From assembly GCF_000150275.1 (NCBI RefSeq), contig NW_002060964.1:958267-1022266 (forward strand): a stretch of DNA of 64,000 nt, in the 5' to 3' direction. The DNA is from Trichoplax adhaerens. Its lineage: Eukaryota > Animalia > Placozoa. The notes below the pieces were generated by a model that was given only the letters and a program-made list of their open reading frames with translations, searched no databases and had not been told where the DNA came from. Of this stretch, positions 1 to 14,053 are shown piece after piece; position 1 is the first letter of the stretch; each line of letters begins with the position of its first letter. A program made the position numbers and the translations under genes.

Positions 1-789
1 AATATATATATATATACAACTAATAATCCTCCAGTGTCCTATTAATTATTTTCCTATTTAACCTAAGGCAAAGTCTGAAATTGTTATGATTAGGAATAAC
101 TTGTTACCGTTTTTGTTAACATCGGCTATCGATAAACTACGAGTTAGAAAAGGTAGAAATCTCAGATCATCTAGTTATGAATCCATTTAGCGCTACTGGT
201 GATCTGTTATTGTATTAAATTGAATTCATATTAAAGCAGTATTCCTTGAAATGAGGAAATGTAATGGTCGTGAAGGAGAGATACCTGATGAGTAATTTCT
301 TTATCGTACTAAATAATAATCCTATAAGGTCACAACTTAGGCACCTACGTATGAAACTAATCACAGTAGAATACTGTACTTTGATAGAATTGTTAGCAAG
401 CAGAATTTTATAAAGATCTTATAATAACGTTAGTAAAATTCTGGATGTAGTTATCGGGTGTAGCATTTTGTCTAGCTTAAACCGAAGGCCATTGCATAGA
501 TCTGAGAAAGAAGATTTTGTGCCATAGATTAGCTCGCAAAGTAAATTGTCATCATCAATTCTTTAATGCAAAAGCGAACTACAAAAGAAATACAATTCTC
601 TACAAATAATTATGTTGATTTTAATATATGAACATTAAGAAAAGAACTTTAGTTGTATCCTAATGTTACTAGTATAATAATAGACAAGAACTAGATCAAT
701 ATTGCTAAAGGTATGCGTTCAGTATGTACGGTATAGCCTGTACCATCTTCGACAGTCATGATCATTTTTCTTCTTCACGTTTCATACAG

Positions 790-3700
790 GAAAATAACGA
801 TCCGCATAATTACGCCATCTTAAGTAGCTGCCATGGATTACAAGGTATATTTTCATTTCAAGGGGAAATTTTTCGAATACAACCTTCAAATCCACAAAGC
901 ACAAGTTTAAATAGTCTACATGTCGTCTCCAAATTAAATCACTTGAACCATTACCATCGAATTACTCGCTCTATATGCAATATAGAAGAGGCAGATACAT
1001 CATCTCTAGTAGGTAAAGAAATCAATTGGAAACCCGACTTATGGCGACAAAGACGTATCTTGAACGTTAATACCATGTACATAGAGCTGGTGATTGTTAA
1101 TGATTATCAACAGGTTCAAAAATTCAAAGGCAATTTAACTGCTTTGGAAGAAAATATCTTTCAGGTTTACTTCTTACCGTCATTGCATTTATCAAAACAA
1201 ATAGCTTCTGTTATAGCAGTAATTTTATATCCATTTTATTGCCTAAACAACATGTCCGTCTCCTTTACTAGATCGTCAATCACCTTGATAGTATCTATAA
1301 ATCCGTCAATATACGCATTGGATTAACCGGTATTGTTAGTTGGAATATTAAAAATCCAATTACTGTCACTAATGAAGCTCGTAGGACCTTGGATAACTTT
1401 GCCACTTACAAGATCAACACCTTATCCAAATTATTTAATCTCGACAATGCACAACTGTTAACGGGATTATCATTAAATCAACATTCAGGTAACCATTCAT
1501 TATAAATAGGCTGCATCATGCCGTACTTGCTCTGTCATAGTCTATATTAATCAATGTTTTTCTAGTATTTTAATATCCTCAAAGTAGAATGCTAATAGAA
1601 TAAAGTAGCTTTCTTCACTACTTCGTTTACTTTGATACCATAATCTTAATTACTCTTAAATCAGTTCCGATTAAAAATAAATGTATCGTTGATAGTAGAA
1701 TACAGTACAACTATTGTAAAAGTAGCTATTTGTAGCTGTTGGTTTACTATGGCACAGTAATTCTACTTGAATCGATTGTGATTAAAATAGTTAACGTCCT
1801 TGAAAACAGAATATGCATAATGCAGTAGGCATCTTAAATCATGTAAATTTGTTCTGATAGTGCTCTTGAGTGGGAGTGATTAAAATAGTTTACCGGTATA
1901 ATGATTAAGAAAGAGCTAATATATAAGGCCGCCTTGATTACTGCGGCTTAATATATGTCGAGCACTGATATCGACAGGCCCTCTGTCTACCTTTATGTCA
2001 TAACGGCTATGAACTATTTTCTTATAATGAGTTGACACCAATAAATTCTTATTTTCAATCAATTTTAGGCTTAGCTTATATTTCGACGATTTGTTCGCCT
2101 CAATCAGTTGGCGTAGTCCAGTCTTATGACGATAATTTTGACGCAACGGTGACGGTTATTGCTCATGAACTTGGCCATAACTTAGGCATGAGACATGATA
2201 ATAATGATGTATGCCATTGCCAGTTTAAACCTGATCATGCATATCGCTGCATCATGTCGAGTGCATTAACAGAACCTCCACCCCAAACATTTTCCTCCTG
2301 TAGTCTTGATCAACTAAATATAACTATTCAACAAGGGAAGGTAGACTGTTTATTCAACAAACCGATACAGGTAATAACTCCGCCACGATGCGGTAATGGC
2401 CTACAAGAAAATGGGGAAGAATGTGATTGTGGCTCTTTGCAAGAATGCGCTAATTCTTGTTGTAATGCAACAACTTGTAAATTATATGATGGGGTTCAAT
2501 GCCAATCTGGGCCATGCTGCAATCAATGCCATTTTAAAGCTTTTGGTGAATTATGTCGTCAATCTATCAACCAATGTGACTTGCCAGAATATTGTAATGG
2601 CCAATCTGCAGCCTGTCCAGCTGATGTTGTAAAGCAATCTACTACACCTTGTGACAACAGTTCCGGGTATTGTTATCGTGGTAGTTGCTTAACAATTAAT
2701 CGCCAATGCAAGACATTATGGGGATCAACTAGCTATCCAGCTCTACCTATATGCTGGAATACATTAAATATTAGAGGTGATAATTACGGATTTTGCAAGC
2801 AAAATGGTAATGATTACAAGCCATGTAATCCAATTGATGTCTATTGCGGTGCTTTACAATGCAATTCGTCAGCTGATAATCCTGTTATAGATAGATCCCA
2901 TAAAACAGCGAAAATTTATTTTCCAAAAGTAATCAGAATTTGCAATTTGATATTTGCATTTAAGTAATTGTGCAGCAGCTTTAAGATTACTTTTTTTGCA
3001 GTTTTACTTTAATAATAGAAATGCAACAAATAGGCTAATGTAAATTTTAAATTGAAGCAGCCAAACACTGATATTATCTCATTTATTTTATAGAATGGCC
3101 AAAATATAGAATGCAAAAGTGTGACGATAAATGATGCAAACAGTATAAATATGTTAAATCATGTAGCTAACGGGACCAAATGCGGACATGATAAAATCTG
3201 CATTAATCATCAATGCCTTGATATTAATAAGTTAACGGATATAATTCAGTGTTTACCAAGCAATTGCTCTGGACATGGGGTAAGTTTAACTAGCAATCTT
3301 TCATGCGTTGATATTATTATTAATGAAATGTTGAGATCTTAATTATGATTTCTTGATTTAGGTCTGTAATAGCAAAGGTCACTGCCATTGTGATGCAGGC
3401 TATCGGCCACCGAATTGTCTTCAACCTGGTCACGGAGGAAGTATTGATAGCCATGGTCACGCAGTAATTCTTAATATCACAGCAAATATTTCAGTTAATG
3501 TTACTAGTGGTTTATGGGAAAGCACCATAAAAACAACTAAAACTTCTGGATCGCGATCTTTTGATACTTCAACAACATTGAGTGAATTATCCTCAGAACT
3601 AGAAATTTCTGCTTCGTTTACAAAAGGAGCTCCATCAAGTAATAATGAAGTATTGATGCTACTTGTAACGACAACAGCGGCAAAACTATTTCAGCCTGGT

Positions 3701-4186
3701 AATAGTGATCTTTCATATATTGACACTAGTAAAACTAATTCAGCCTTACTTGGCCAAGATAACTCAGTTATGACAAGGCTATATTCTAGTAATCTCGTAT
3801 TAAATTCCACTACGGAAAAGATTGCAGCAACAACAACCGATCCATTTCTAACGTTAGGTAATAACCAATCAGTGACGAATTCAGCATCAAATACTCCTTT
3901 AACTAACGATAAAACGACCTTAATAACCATCCTACTAACAGCATCTGCCGCTGCTGCTATTATTGTAATATCTATAATTGGTTATTTGAAGAGGCGTCGA
4001 TGGTGCAAGAAAGCTATTACAGAAGATGAAGTTAGGAAATCTGAAATAGAGGATGATAGAAAGACCGACAAAGCAAGCAGCCTCAGGATCACAAACGGAT
4101 CGGGAATACCTACAAAGCTGATTATCCAAATCAATCCGATCGCTACAGCCAGTTCAAAACAGGAATCAGCAGTTAGCGACACGTAG
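790..4186 (+). CDS. ADAM-family (reprolysin/M12B) metalloprotease-disintegrin, multi-exon, 5' end not resolved
   Basis: Exons at ~790-1164, 1272-1488, ~2069-2928, 3094-3279 and 3362-4186 splice in frame. Domain order: prodomain, furin site RQRR, YIELVIVND, zinc motif HELGHNLGMRH plus Met-turn CIM, disintegrin (CGNG..EECDCG..CDLPEYC), Cys-rich, EGF (CSGHGVCNSKGHCHC), S/T stalk, TM (LITILLTASAAAAIIVISIIGYL) and basic tail. Confidence 0.92.
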
Positions 4187-4766
4187 GGTAATAACTAAAA
4201 AGGCTCGTTACGATTGTCTATGCGTGGCTGGGCTCGCGAGAATTGTCTTAAAAGCAGACTCTAGTGGTTTAATAAACTTTAGCTAATCCGGTATATTTAA
4301 ATTAGTAATCCTTATCTTGAATCTGCTAAATATACCAACACAATGTGTAAAATCGTTTTTTTATCAATGTAAAAATGTGTTAAAGGATCTTAAGCACTAC
4401 ACAAATATTAAACTATTTATGAATCGTTATCCAACAAATGATTTTAAAATTTATTTATAGACTGATTTCAGAGACTGAAGAAGATCATTATCAGTCAACG
4501 TGTACATTTTTATATCTAATAGATTATTAATATTTAATCACCTACTACAGCAGGCGATTCTTTCCAATATCAATCAAAGAAAGTACTGTATACATTACAA
4601 AATGTTTCTTATCAGCTACATGTAAAATTTAAGATTATGACTTATTACTGATAATAAATCAATTTTGGAGATCATTTCTATCGTTTCAACGAATACCACT
4701 GGCAGTCAGAATATTCTGGTAAACTGGTTCGCACTTTTATATACAATAAAAGTAAGCAAAGCAACG

Positions 4767-7700
4767 CTACTGGCTGCCTTCATCCAAGGTAACGCTAATA
4801 TTACCTTGAGACTCTCCATGATCAGTATCTTGAGATGCTTTAAAGGACCAAATCTGGCAGTAAATACATAGCGGTTTATCAATCGTGTTACCATAATGTA
4901 GTGCATATATAATCAATTAAATGTAAACAAATTAATTTTCTGCAGAATGAAAAATGTAATCGTGGCTATAAAACATAAGTTCTACCATTAACGTTTTCAT
5001 CTGCATTACCGTTTTCTCATCTGCGGTCATTTGACGCCATTTTTTCGTTGCCAGACTGATAATTTCTCGATGTGCCGCAGTAGGATTTTCTTTTTCTAAA
5101 TGCGATCGGATTGAATCGAACCAAAGTGTGAACGATGAGACCCTAAAAAGAAATTGTTTATTCAGATTATGTTGTAGGATAATGTAATCGTCACTTTTTT
5201 TTCCGACTGACTTGGTCTTTTTTTCCTTCACTTCCGGTTTTTCTTCGGCTTTTCGAGTCTCTTTAAGGGTGTCAAATAACTTCGCTTGGCGCTATAAAGT
5301 ATGCGTGATGCAAAAGTTAAACAGTTACTTAGTTATTCTCACTTAGTCGTAAATAGTGATGGCAGTGTCAAATCATACCTGAACTTTAACTTTTTTCATA
5401 TTTTCTCGCTTTTGTTCTAAAACGTTAATAACTAATGTTAATGGCACGAACGTGAACAGATTTCATGATAATAATTGTAACTGAGTACCTGCAGGATTTC
5501 CAGGATAACCTCTTCGTTTAGGAGTAATGTCACTATTCGTAAGATTATCGAAATAGCTCATACCCCTTAATCGTGACGTCTTACTGGGGCTCTCAGATAC
5601 CTGTCAATCAAATTTGTAAATTAAAATCTTCTTTCTAAAACTTAAGTATCTATATCGAGTGTCGAATTGCTCATACTTTGAAAGGATTAGAGGCTTCAAC
5701 AACAGGCATGAGACGATCTGCTATGTTAAATATAATAAATCTACTTAAATCTAGGTGTATATGTAGTACTATACATGACCCAACTATAACTTCTAAAGCT
5801 GTACTTACCCTTGCCGTCAAGTGAATCAGCATTACTTAAAAATGAACTATTCTTTACTTGTTCATCTTCGAACCTATAGTATATGTTTACAAATTGCGAA
5901 TAACATTATAAAAAAGTAATGTCCGAAATATTACGAAAATGGACTAAAAAAATTTTGGATATGATAACTAACTCATTTTCAGTGGTTCTGGAATTCTTCT
6001 TGTGCGATACGATGCCACTCCCGTTATCTGTTTGTAATTCTTCATTTCGTTTTGTTAGAGGACTAGCATATTCCCTTGAAAGAGCAGATAAATCGCTAAA
6101 AAACTTTCGCCGCGGAGGTTCCAGGAAATTACCGCCTCCCTCCTCCTCTTCCTCTTCATCTTCTTCAATTTCTAGATTATCACCTAATTCCATTCTTCGC
6201 TGATAAATATCTTCCAATTTTTGAGATAACGCCATTCGCCTATTACGCGCAGCATATTTAATAGCTAAGCTAATCTGTAAAAGAAATAATAGTTGCTATT
6301 TCCCAATATACATTTGAATTCCAATAAAAGTACATATACATACGGTATGTTCATCAGATAATAGTTCACATAATTCCGCTGCACGAAATTCACGATCAGA
6401 CTTACATGCCAACTGAAATCAATATTGATATGAGTATATTATTGACATGGATATTTTAAGAGAAACTGTTGTATTCTCATATCAATAAGTAAAAACAATA
6501 AAATGCTACTATGTAATTCATAGTATTCACCGCAAATAGTTTCATAATAGTAGCATTTTGTTCCTTCACGTTGTTTCCATCATGCAGCTTCATAAATTTA
6601 GCATTGTTATTCCAAAGATATCTTTCCTATTAACATGCATTGTCCAGTTACGTTTCATCAAGTTTAATTATATTTAGAACTATTAAGTAAGCCCAACCTC
6701 AAGGGAGCTTTTGTCGGTATTTATCTCGCATAAGGGAATTTGAAGTGGTAATACGGTCGCCACGGGACGTGGTACAGTAGAAGGATAAGCGGACGCTTTA
6801 CATAAAATACAGCGCAGCTGGCGTGAGTTGCCATTTAGCCCAATTGCCCAATAAGTATCTGATTTGTTTTTCGACTGATAAAAGCATTTCATGTATTAAT
6901 TTTAAGACGACATATATAGTTAATATCAAAAAAGTAGCAATGAGAGGATTGCTGAGTCATTATGCTAGCATACCAGCTGTCTGGCATTTAGCACAGGAAT
7001 CCAACTATAACCATACGATTTTTGTAATACTCTCACTATTCCAGCAGTATCGTAAGTGACGGGTACGCCTTCATCACTGAAACTATACGTTCACGTAAAG
7101 ATTAGAATTAAACAATGATAAATAATAGCCGCCAGCTTTTCATTGCAATACACAATACAATTACTATTACCCTAGCCATGATAGCTTTGATCCAGGTGTG
7201 ATAGGTAAAGCAGGTTCTAAATATTTATAAATGGAACGACCTTTCTTAGCATCAATGATCTTAACATTAAATCGCTGATTATTGTCGAAAGGTACTCCAG
7301 CATGATATACCACCATAATGATATCATCATGTCCTGACATGGCTACAACAGGGCCTGCCAAAGTAAATATTCCTAATTGTATTCCTGATATCGAATATAT
7401 TCTAACGTTAAAATTGTCAGTGGCTGCAGCTACCCAGGTTTTACCAGCAGCAATGGCCTACAACATAATTAGGTTAAATACACGTAAGTACACCGATAGT
7501 AAGAAACTAAAAGTAATGCATCAAGATACCTTAATAATCTCTTTTTCTGGCATGGTAGTTGACCATTCTTTGGAGTTATCCCAGGTAGAGAAATGTAAAC
7601 AAACTAAAGTACTAGTAGTAAGGATTGCAAATTAAAAGATAAAATTAGTACTTCTAGTATAACTACTCGATCATTACCTATCGAAATAAACCATTGTAAT

Positions 7701-10700
7701 TATATTGTATTGTAGTGATCTAGCTTGAATAGTGGCAAAGTAAATGAAATGATGGTACTAATGCTAACTGTATTACCTAGCCATACTATCATTTCCTTCA
7801 GAAGCAAGAAGAAGAGCTTGCGATGATAAAGCTGCCAAGCTATGATTTAGATGATTAGCAATATGTAATGCATGATGCGTAGTGACATCATGAAATTCTA
7901 CATCAATTGACGATAGATCATCTTCTGTGTGATGATGCACAACACCAACAGAGTTCCACATCTAAGTGAAAGCGAACATAATTAGATTATATCGTCACTT
8001 CATGCACGTTATGAATTTTAGTATCCAACCATAATTCGATGATTCAGGTATTTTGGTGTTGAACCAGGCTGAAATTCCCGTTGTAGTGTGATGGCAACGG
8101 GTTTAGGCTGCCTCCGTACGGTCTATGGCCCGTGTCGTAATAACATACATTAAAATGGATCATAAAGCCGGAGCGTTAGTACATAAATATAAAATGCCAT
8201 TTTAAAGTTATATTTGACAACTTTATTCCTAACCACTTTGTCATCTTCAACAATAAATCTATCAAGGTTGTTGTCTATTCCGGACGATAGACCTAAAAAG
8301 TCAGAGCTAATTATTTCATATTGCCAGCCTTGTCTTTAATGAAATAACTGCAACCTCAAAAAAAAGATTGTGTGTTACTTTTCTCATACTTATATTGTCA
8401 TCTTCTTCCTCTGCGCTGTCGATAACAAAATTGCTACGTTTACACCTCTTTTGCTGGTCCAATACCATTTCATCGTCCAATGAATCGATATCCTTTAGAT
8501 CAATTCCATTGTTTACATCATCATCTGCATCCTTTTTCAAAGTCTGATGTATTTTCTGAAGACAGCAGACAGGTAGAATTTAATGAAATATATTTTTAAC
8601 TGAAAATTATCCTACAATGTAATATACCCTTTTTTCACTAGATTTCTTTAATAAATCTTCTGGAATAATATTGCTACAGATGCCTAATTGACCCTATCAA
8701 GATAAAGACGGATAATTCTTTAATCAAAAGTATACACTGATTTAAAGGTATATGAAACTTCTTCCTTACCTCGATATCAGTATAGGCAATTTCGTTAGCA
8801 GACGGGTGCCAAGACAGACCAGTAATTTTTAGGTTTTTATCGTGCGTTACCCTATCGGTACAGTGTTTTGGAACGAGTACAGAAATAGAATTTAGCGCAA
8901 ACTTTATACGGGAGAAAAGAACGATAGTTAAAAATAGAAGTATTTTAATAACATACTTATCAATTACTTCTTCCCTGGATACATTCCAAATAATTATGAC
9001 TCCATCATCTCCAGCGGAAGCCAAATATTTACCATTGGGAGACCATACCAAAGTACTTATGATCTATACAAATTGAGGTTAAATTTAATATATTGCACAT
9101 ATCTTCCTAACGGTAACTATCTCTATTACATACGTTTTCATGACCATTTTCACTCAAATTTCCAATTTTTTTCCAGGAAGAACGCTTATATAGCTGTATA
9201 TTCAATGTACAAATATCGCTTAAATTACGCTATGACTGGTAGCAACAACATATCAGTTTATCAATACTAACCTCAATAGCACAGTCTATGGGTATTGCTA
9301 ATAATTCTCCACTCTTAGGTTGCCAGGCTAAACGACAAAACGATTTAGTGGCCGAAATATCATTGCATTTAGGCAAAATGGATAGCGAATGACTGCAATC
9401 CTGTATTTGTTAAGGCAATAGTAAGATTGTGTTAATTTGTCCATCAATTGCTTCCCAAGTGTCGGATGCATTATTGTACTATTTATGATTTTATTATCCT
9501 AATAATGCAAACATTGTCGAAATTGCATCTTACATAAGTTTTCATATCCCAAATTTTCACTGTTCCGTCGCAACTTGACGATACCTAGGTGATGTATTGA
9601 AATTGAATCAAGTCACTAACAGAAACACAGTTTTGAGAATTTACGCTGCATGTACGGTAATCATTTTACCAAATAACTGTCAGTTGGATCGAATGCTACG
9701 GTGAGTATAGGAGCTTCGTGACCAGTTAAAGTATGATTGTTATAGTTATTAACAGAGACAACTTTAATTTCGAAATCCCTTAATAAATAATTATAAGATA
9801 TATATCAGACATTTTATCAGCAACAGTTAAGTCAAGTTAAAAATATATATATATATTGAACGCCACTACATGACGGAACAACTATGACATGACTACTTTA
9901 TTCAATGTATTTTAAATCTGGAAATCCATTCATTTCGTCTATAATATTCTTTATCCCATGCATATGTTAACAAATGCTATCCAATTTATAAGTCACTATT
10001 AACATCAGCTTACTCAGCTCCGGCAGCAACTTTATCTCCATGTTGATTAAAAGTGACATGAGAAACTTGTGCTGTAAATCGTGTTACGATTCCATCAGGG
10101 GTACCCTAAGGAAACATAATACCATTGTCAATGACGAAGCATTGCTTGAAGCCTATGAGCGACAGCAAGAGCACAATCCATACGCACAAAGACGATTGTA
10201 GGCGCACAGCAGTACACTTTATCAAGAAAAGTGTTTGCGACAATTTACCGTTGGAAAAGAATACATCCACACAGAATTACTTTCACCAACAGCGACAAGG
10301 AAATTATTCTGAAATGATTTGATATCAGGATGAGAAAAGATTGATCTTGAGCATATCCGTCTGAGTATTAGAAATACTACTGCAGCTGTCTTACGAAGTC
10401 GTTTAAATTACTTTCTACACGTGATAACTATTAGTCAAACATATATATTAGACGCTGTAGGCAATGCCGTTTGAACTAAGAGCAATTCAATTACAAATGG
10501 CATCATGAATGATTTGCTTCTGTTATCAAAGTCTCTAACTTCCATTTACACCGTTGTATTTGAGATAGAAACATTGCTAACGATGCATACGATCGAGTAC
10601 AAAATATAGTCACTGAATTATTTCATAATTAAAAAATTCATAGTGAGTAATTGCCATTTATAATACCTTAACAGCAATACTGTTTACTGGATGCTTGACT

Positions 10701-11104
10701 CCAACTGAAACTGGATCATCATCGTCGTGACCATGGTAAATTCTAACATCGCCATCACTACCTGCTGTTGCTAAATGCCTATAGCAAGAAATACAGTCCA
10801 TCAAGCCGTATGTTTCATTTTAATTATTGAATGCTAAAGACTACTTTTTGCTCTATCCATTCGTCTCCTGACCAAACAAAATCACTTAGACATTCTTTAA
10901 TTTTTATTAACACTATTGCATAGGTGATCGTTTCTTATTTTACTCCGAGTGCTACATCAGTGTAGGAGACCATACGTACACGTTACGTTGAAAGCTACTC
11001 TATCAACGAAGCATTAGGCTGACTTACTCTCCATTAGAACTATAGCAAACATCGGTATGGCCTTCGCTGTGAGCAAATCTCATACATTCCTTGACTATAA
11101 CCAT
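4767..11104 (-). CDS. WDHD1: WD repeat and HMG-box DNA-binding protein 1 (AND-1/Ctf4), ~20 exons
   Basis: N-terminus MVIVKECMRFAHSEGHTDVCYS and WD40 exons (WSPNGKYLASAGDDGVIIIWN). SepB-domain exons: FQPGSTP..RFMMWNSVGVV..IDVEFHD and GPVVAMSGH..LSWLGFS. The C-terminal HMG box is SSFTLWFDSIRSHLEKENP..ATKKWRQMTADEK. The stop position is approximate. Confidence 0.93.
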
Positions 11105-11306
11105 TTCTATTGAAAAATTGAACAAGAAGGATAAAAATCTCTTTTAGTGATGAGTATCCATATCCATACGAGCTTTTTGCACAAGAAGATCACTCACGAA
11201 CATGCATGAATGATATCCTATCTTTGATGGACAATGTCCGTTACGACATGATAGCAAAGCAACCTCAAAGCCTAAAATATGCAATTCTACTATCAAGCCT
11301 ATCTAT

Positions 11307-13360
11307 CTAGCACCTATTATTATTCCATACCTTAGCTCTCTCTGAATATGAACAACAGTAATGAATGATTCCTTGGTTGAGAAAAGTTGAGATCAACTTG
11401 ATGGATTCTGATGTCTGTAGGGCAAGAGTCAATGCTGTCAGGGATTTCTTGCTTTGACGCTCTCTCTCTCCAATCAATTGGTGAATGTCCTCCAACAACA
11501 GTAATGGTGGTTTTAATGACTGCAATGGATTTTAAACCAGTATTTCATGCAATAGTAGAAGGGATAGCTGCAATATTCAACTATTTGTAGCCAAGAAATG
11601 ACTTGATTGGATCGCTAAAGAGAGCTGCTCCAGCGACAGCATTCATTCTTTATTATTTTGATGGATTGGATTTCGCGCCAAGTTGAATGTACCGTGTACA
11701 GTACACGTAGTACAGTACTGTACAATATATACTGTACAAGTGTACTGTACTGTAGATGTCCATTGTCCAGGACGGTAGACTGTCAAGGGCCGATTCTGTG
11801 CAGCTCAGTACTGTACTGTACTGTACTATACGTCTGATAGACTCCACTGGTGTCGTTTCGGTAGCATTGCTATTTTCACAACTAACTTCGTTCTCAGTGA
11901 AAATACACTTCGCATCATTTTGGACTTGCCTTAATTGCTTACTGTAATTACTGTACTGTAAGTCACGGTAGTGACAGTGTTGGCAAGGGTAATGCTCTGT
12001 GACTTTTTCTATATTCCATACAACATTACTATCCATTGACAGTATGAGTCTGAATTGGATATTGAGATAGACATGATGCATTAAGATGAAAGCCAGAGTA
12101 CAGTTACGCAAAGCATGCTGAAATACTATACTGTATACTTTAATTTGCCTGTGCATCTCATAGTGCTGTAGTTCGTGTCGAGTTGAAGCGTCAACCACTT
12201 TGTAAAGCGAGACTACGGTACAGTGTACAGTGTACAGTACGTAGAACAAACTACTGTACTGTACACTAGAAAAGGTGTACAGTACAGTACTGTAGTGTTT
12301 GATTTGCCTGTTCATCTCATAGTGGATCTCATAGTATACAGTGTACAGTGTACAGTACCGTACTGCGTTCCACCGTACTGTACTGTACAGTGTACAGTAC
12401 ATTACAGTACTGTACAGTACACTAGAAATGGTATACACAGTACTGTACTGTAGTGTTTGATTTGCCTTTCCATCTCATAGTGGATCTCATAGTGTACAGT
12501 ACAGTACAGTGTTCCACCGTACTGTACACTGTACAGTACGTGTACTGTACATTCAAGTACTGTAAGTGTACAAGCAACGACACTACAGTATAAATGGTGT
12601 ACTGTTGATTTGCCTGTCCATCTCATTGTGCTGTAGTTCGTGTCGAGTTGCAGCCTCGACCATTTTGTAAAGCAAGACTACAGTACAGTATAGTACAGTA
12701 CAGTACAGTGTACAGTACCGCGTTCCACCGTACTGTACTGTACTGTACAGTGTACAGTACAGTAGAACAAACGACACTAGAAATGGTGTACAGTACTGTA
12801 TACTGTAGTACTGTAGTGTTTGATTTGCCTGTCCATCTCATAGTGCTGTAGTTCGTTTCGAGTTGAAGCCTCAACACTCTTGTAAAGCAAGATTTGCCTG
12901 TTCATCTCATAGTGCTGTAGTTCGTGTCGTGAAGCCTCAACTACCTTGTAAAGCAAGACTACAGTACAGTGTACAGTGTACAGTACCGCGTTCCACCGTA
13001 CTGTACTGTACTGTACTGTACAGTACAACCAGCGACCCTACAAATGGTGTCGTTGGTTCAAGTATTTTCCCGCCAACATGCGCTGGAAATGTGATCGTAG
13101 TGTACAGTGTACAGTACGATCACTGCTACCAGCATACTGTAGCAGTCTGATGCTATGGGTACAGGAGGTACAGTAGACTACAGTACAACTCAGGATGACT
13201 ACAGTCCAGTGGTGCACTGTAGCGTGCAGACTGTACCTCCTGCAGGAACAATGACAAGGGAATCCACTATTGCTGGAGGAGAGAAATGATCCAATCTTTT
13301 GTCCGCCTTGGCTCTAATTTCTGAATGAAAACGACTTGCATCGGATGCAGTTTCCACCAT
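11307..13360 (-). pseudogene. Zwilch-like (RZZ kinetochore subunit) N-terminal fragment, frameshifted and truncated, with an amplified internal exon
   Basis: Spliced reading from ATG 13360: MVETASDASRFHSEIRAK..PAG|AHVGGKILEPTTPFVGSL|LYKVVEASTRHELQHYEMDRQIK|LILSMDSNVVWNIEKV..TPVESIRRIVQYST..SLPSW..YIQLGAK (frameshift) AVAGAALFS..LLLEDIHQLIGER. This is collinear with human Zwilch motifs as I recall them (AAEDFYSRLLQK, DIVFIVEKV, LPVGKARQLIGLYT, LPPLW, CWLGAE, ITGIVLY, LENLKNLHKKR). There is no room for the remaining ~400 aa before WDHD1. The alignment was made by eye only. Confidence 0.45.
12140..13030. repeat. Complex tandem array: six copies of a GATTTGCCTGTYCATCTCATAGTG core (four extending to ~75 nt) separated by CAGTA/GTAC microsatellite spacers
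   Basis: Cores start at ~12142, 12301, 12459, 12607, 12822 and 12891. Spacers are built from TACAG/GTACTG/TGTACA words with recurring GTTCCACCGTAC and CACTAGAAA sub-motifs. Confidence 0.95.
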
Positions 13361-13389
13361 GTCTTCTTTAAGGTACGCTATTTGATGGT

Positions 13390-13470
13390 ATCCATTGGTT
13401 CAAATGCATGTCGAAAGGCATCCTTGTTATTGCACACCAATCAATAGTGTTGGAAGAAAGAATTGGACGG
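13390..13470. promoter_or_regulatory. Probable bidirectional cell-cycle-type promoter (CCAAT boxes plus CHR-like TTTGAA)
   Basis: It lies between the divergent Zwilch-like ATG (13360, -) and RAD51AP1 (+). ATTGG at 13394, TTCAAA at 13399-13404 (TTTGAA on -), CCAAT at 13437 and ATTGG at 13462. Confidence 0.4.
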
Positions 13471-14053
13471 TAGTCATGTAGTGGAAAATGCGCAGTAAAA
13501 CAACAACAACAGCGATCGGACATGACACTAGCTTAGAAAGCGTCTTTCTCAATCAGTCATTCCTGAATCAAGATAGTGTTACATATCCAAAGCGATTTGC
13601 TAAACAGTCTGTAGCATGTTATTGCAACCAGGAGGAACTTTACCCTCAACTTTTTACTGTCTTCATACTAAATAAAGGTGGCATCATGTTAGTTACAGTA
13701 CAGTATTTCAAAATCGATCTCCACAAGACCACAGTCGGAATAGACTGCAGTAAGAGTGCTTTCGGTATTGATTGTTGCCATTTCTATCTTACTCCGAAAT
13801 CATGAAACTCACTTGTCCTTCAATAACTCGAGCATCATCACACCATAGATAGATACTTCATTGCATAGAACATACCATTTTGTCTACTACCAAAGATGGA
13901 TCGCTTTCTACCCATGAATGACGTCGCTCCTGTGCTACTGTAGTAGATACTTACTGTAGTCTGCTTGATTGAATCAATTCACTTGCAGGAGCAAAACGGG
14001 ATGACTGTTTCATTTGACACAAGTTAATTGACAACTTTTTTTATCACCCACAG

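Noticed and set aside
12140-13030. CRISPR array interpretation of the repeat-spacer structure
   Set aside because: The context is eukaryotic with no cas genes; repeats vary in length, and spacers are low-complexity and similar to each other.
12223-13176. Many overlapping YCTV/YSTV-rich ORFs (also at 45728-46059 and 63058-63974)
   Set aside because: They are translations of CAGTA/GTAC microsatellite, which lacks stops in several frames.
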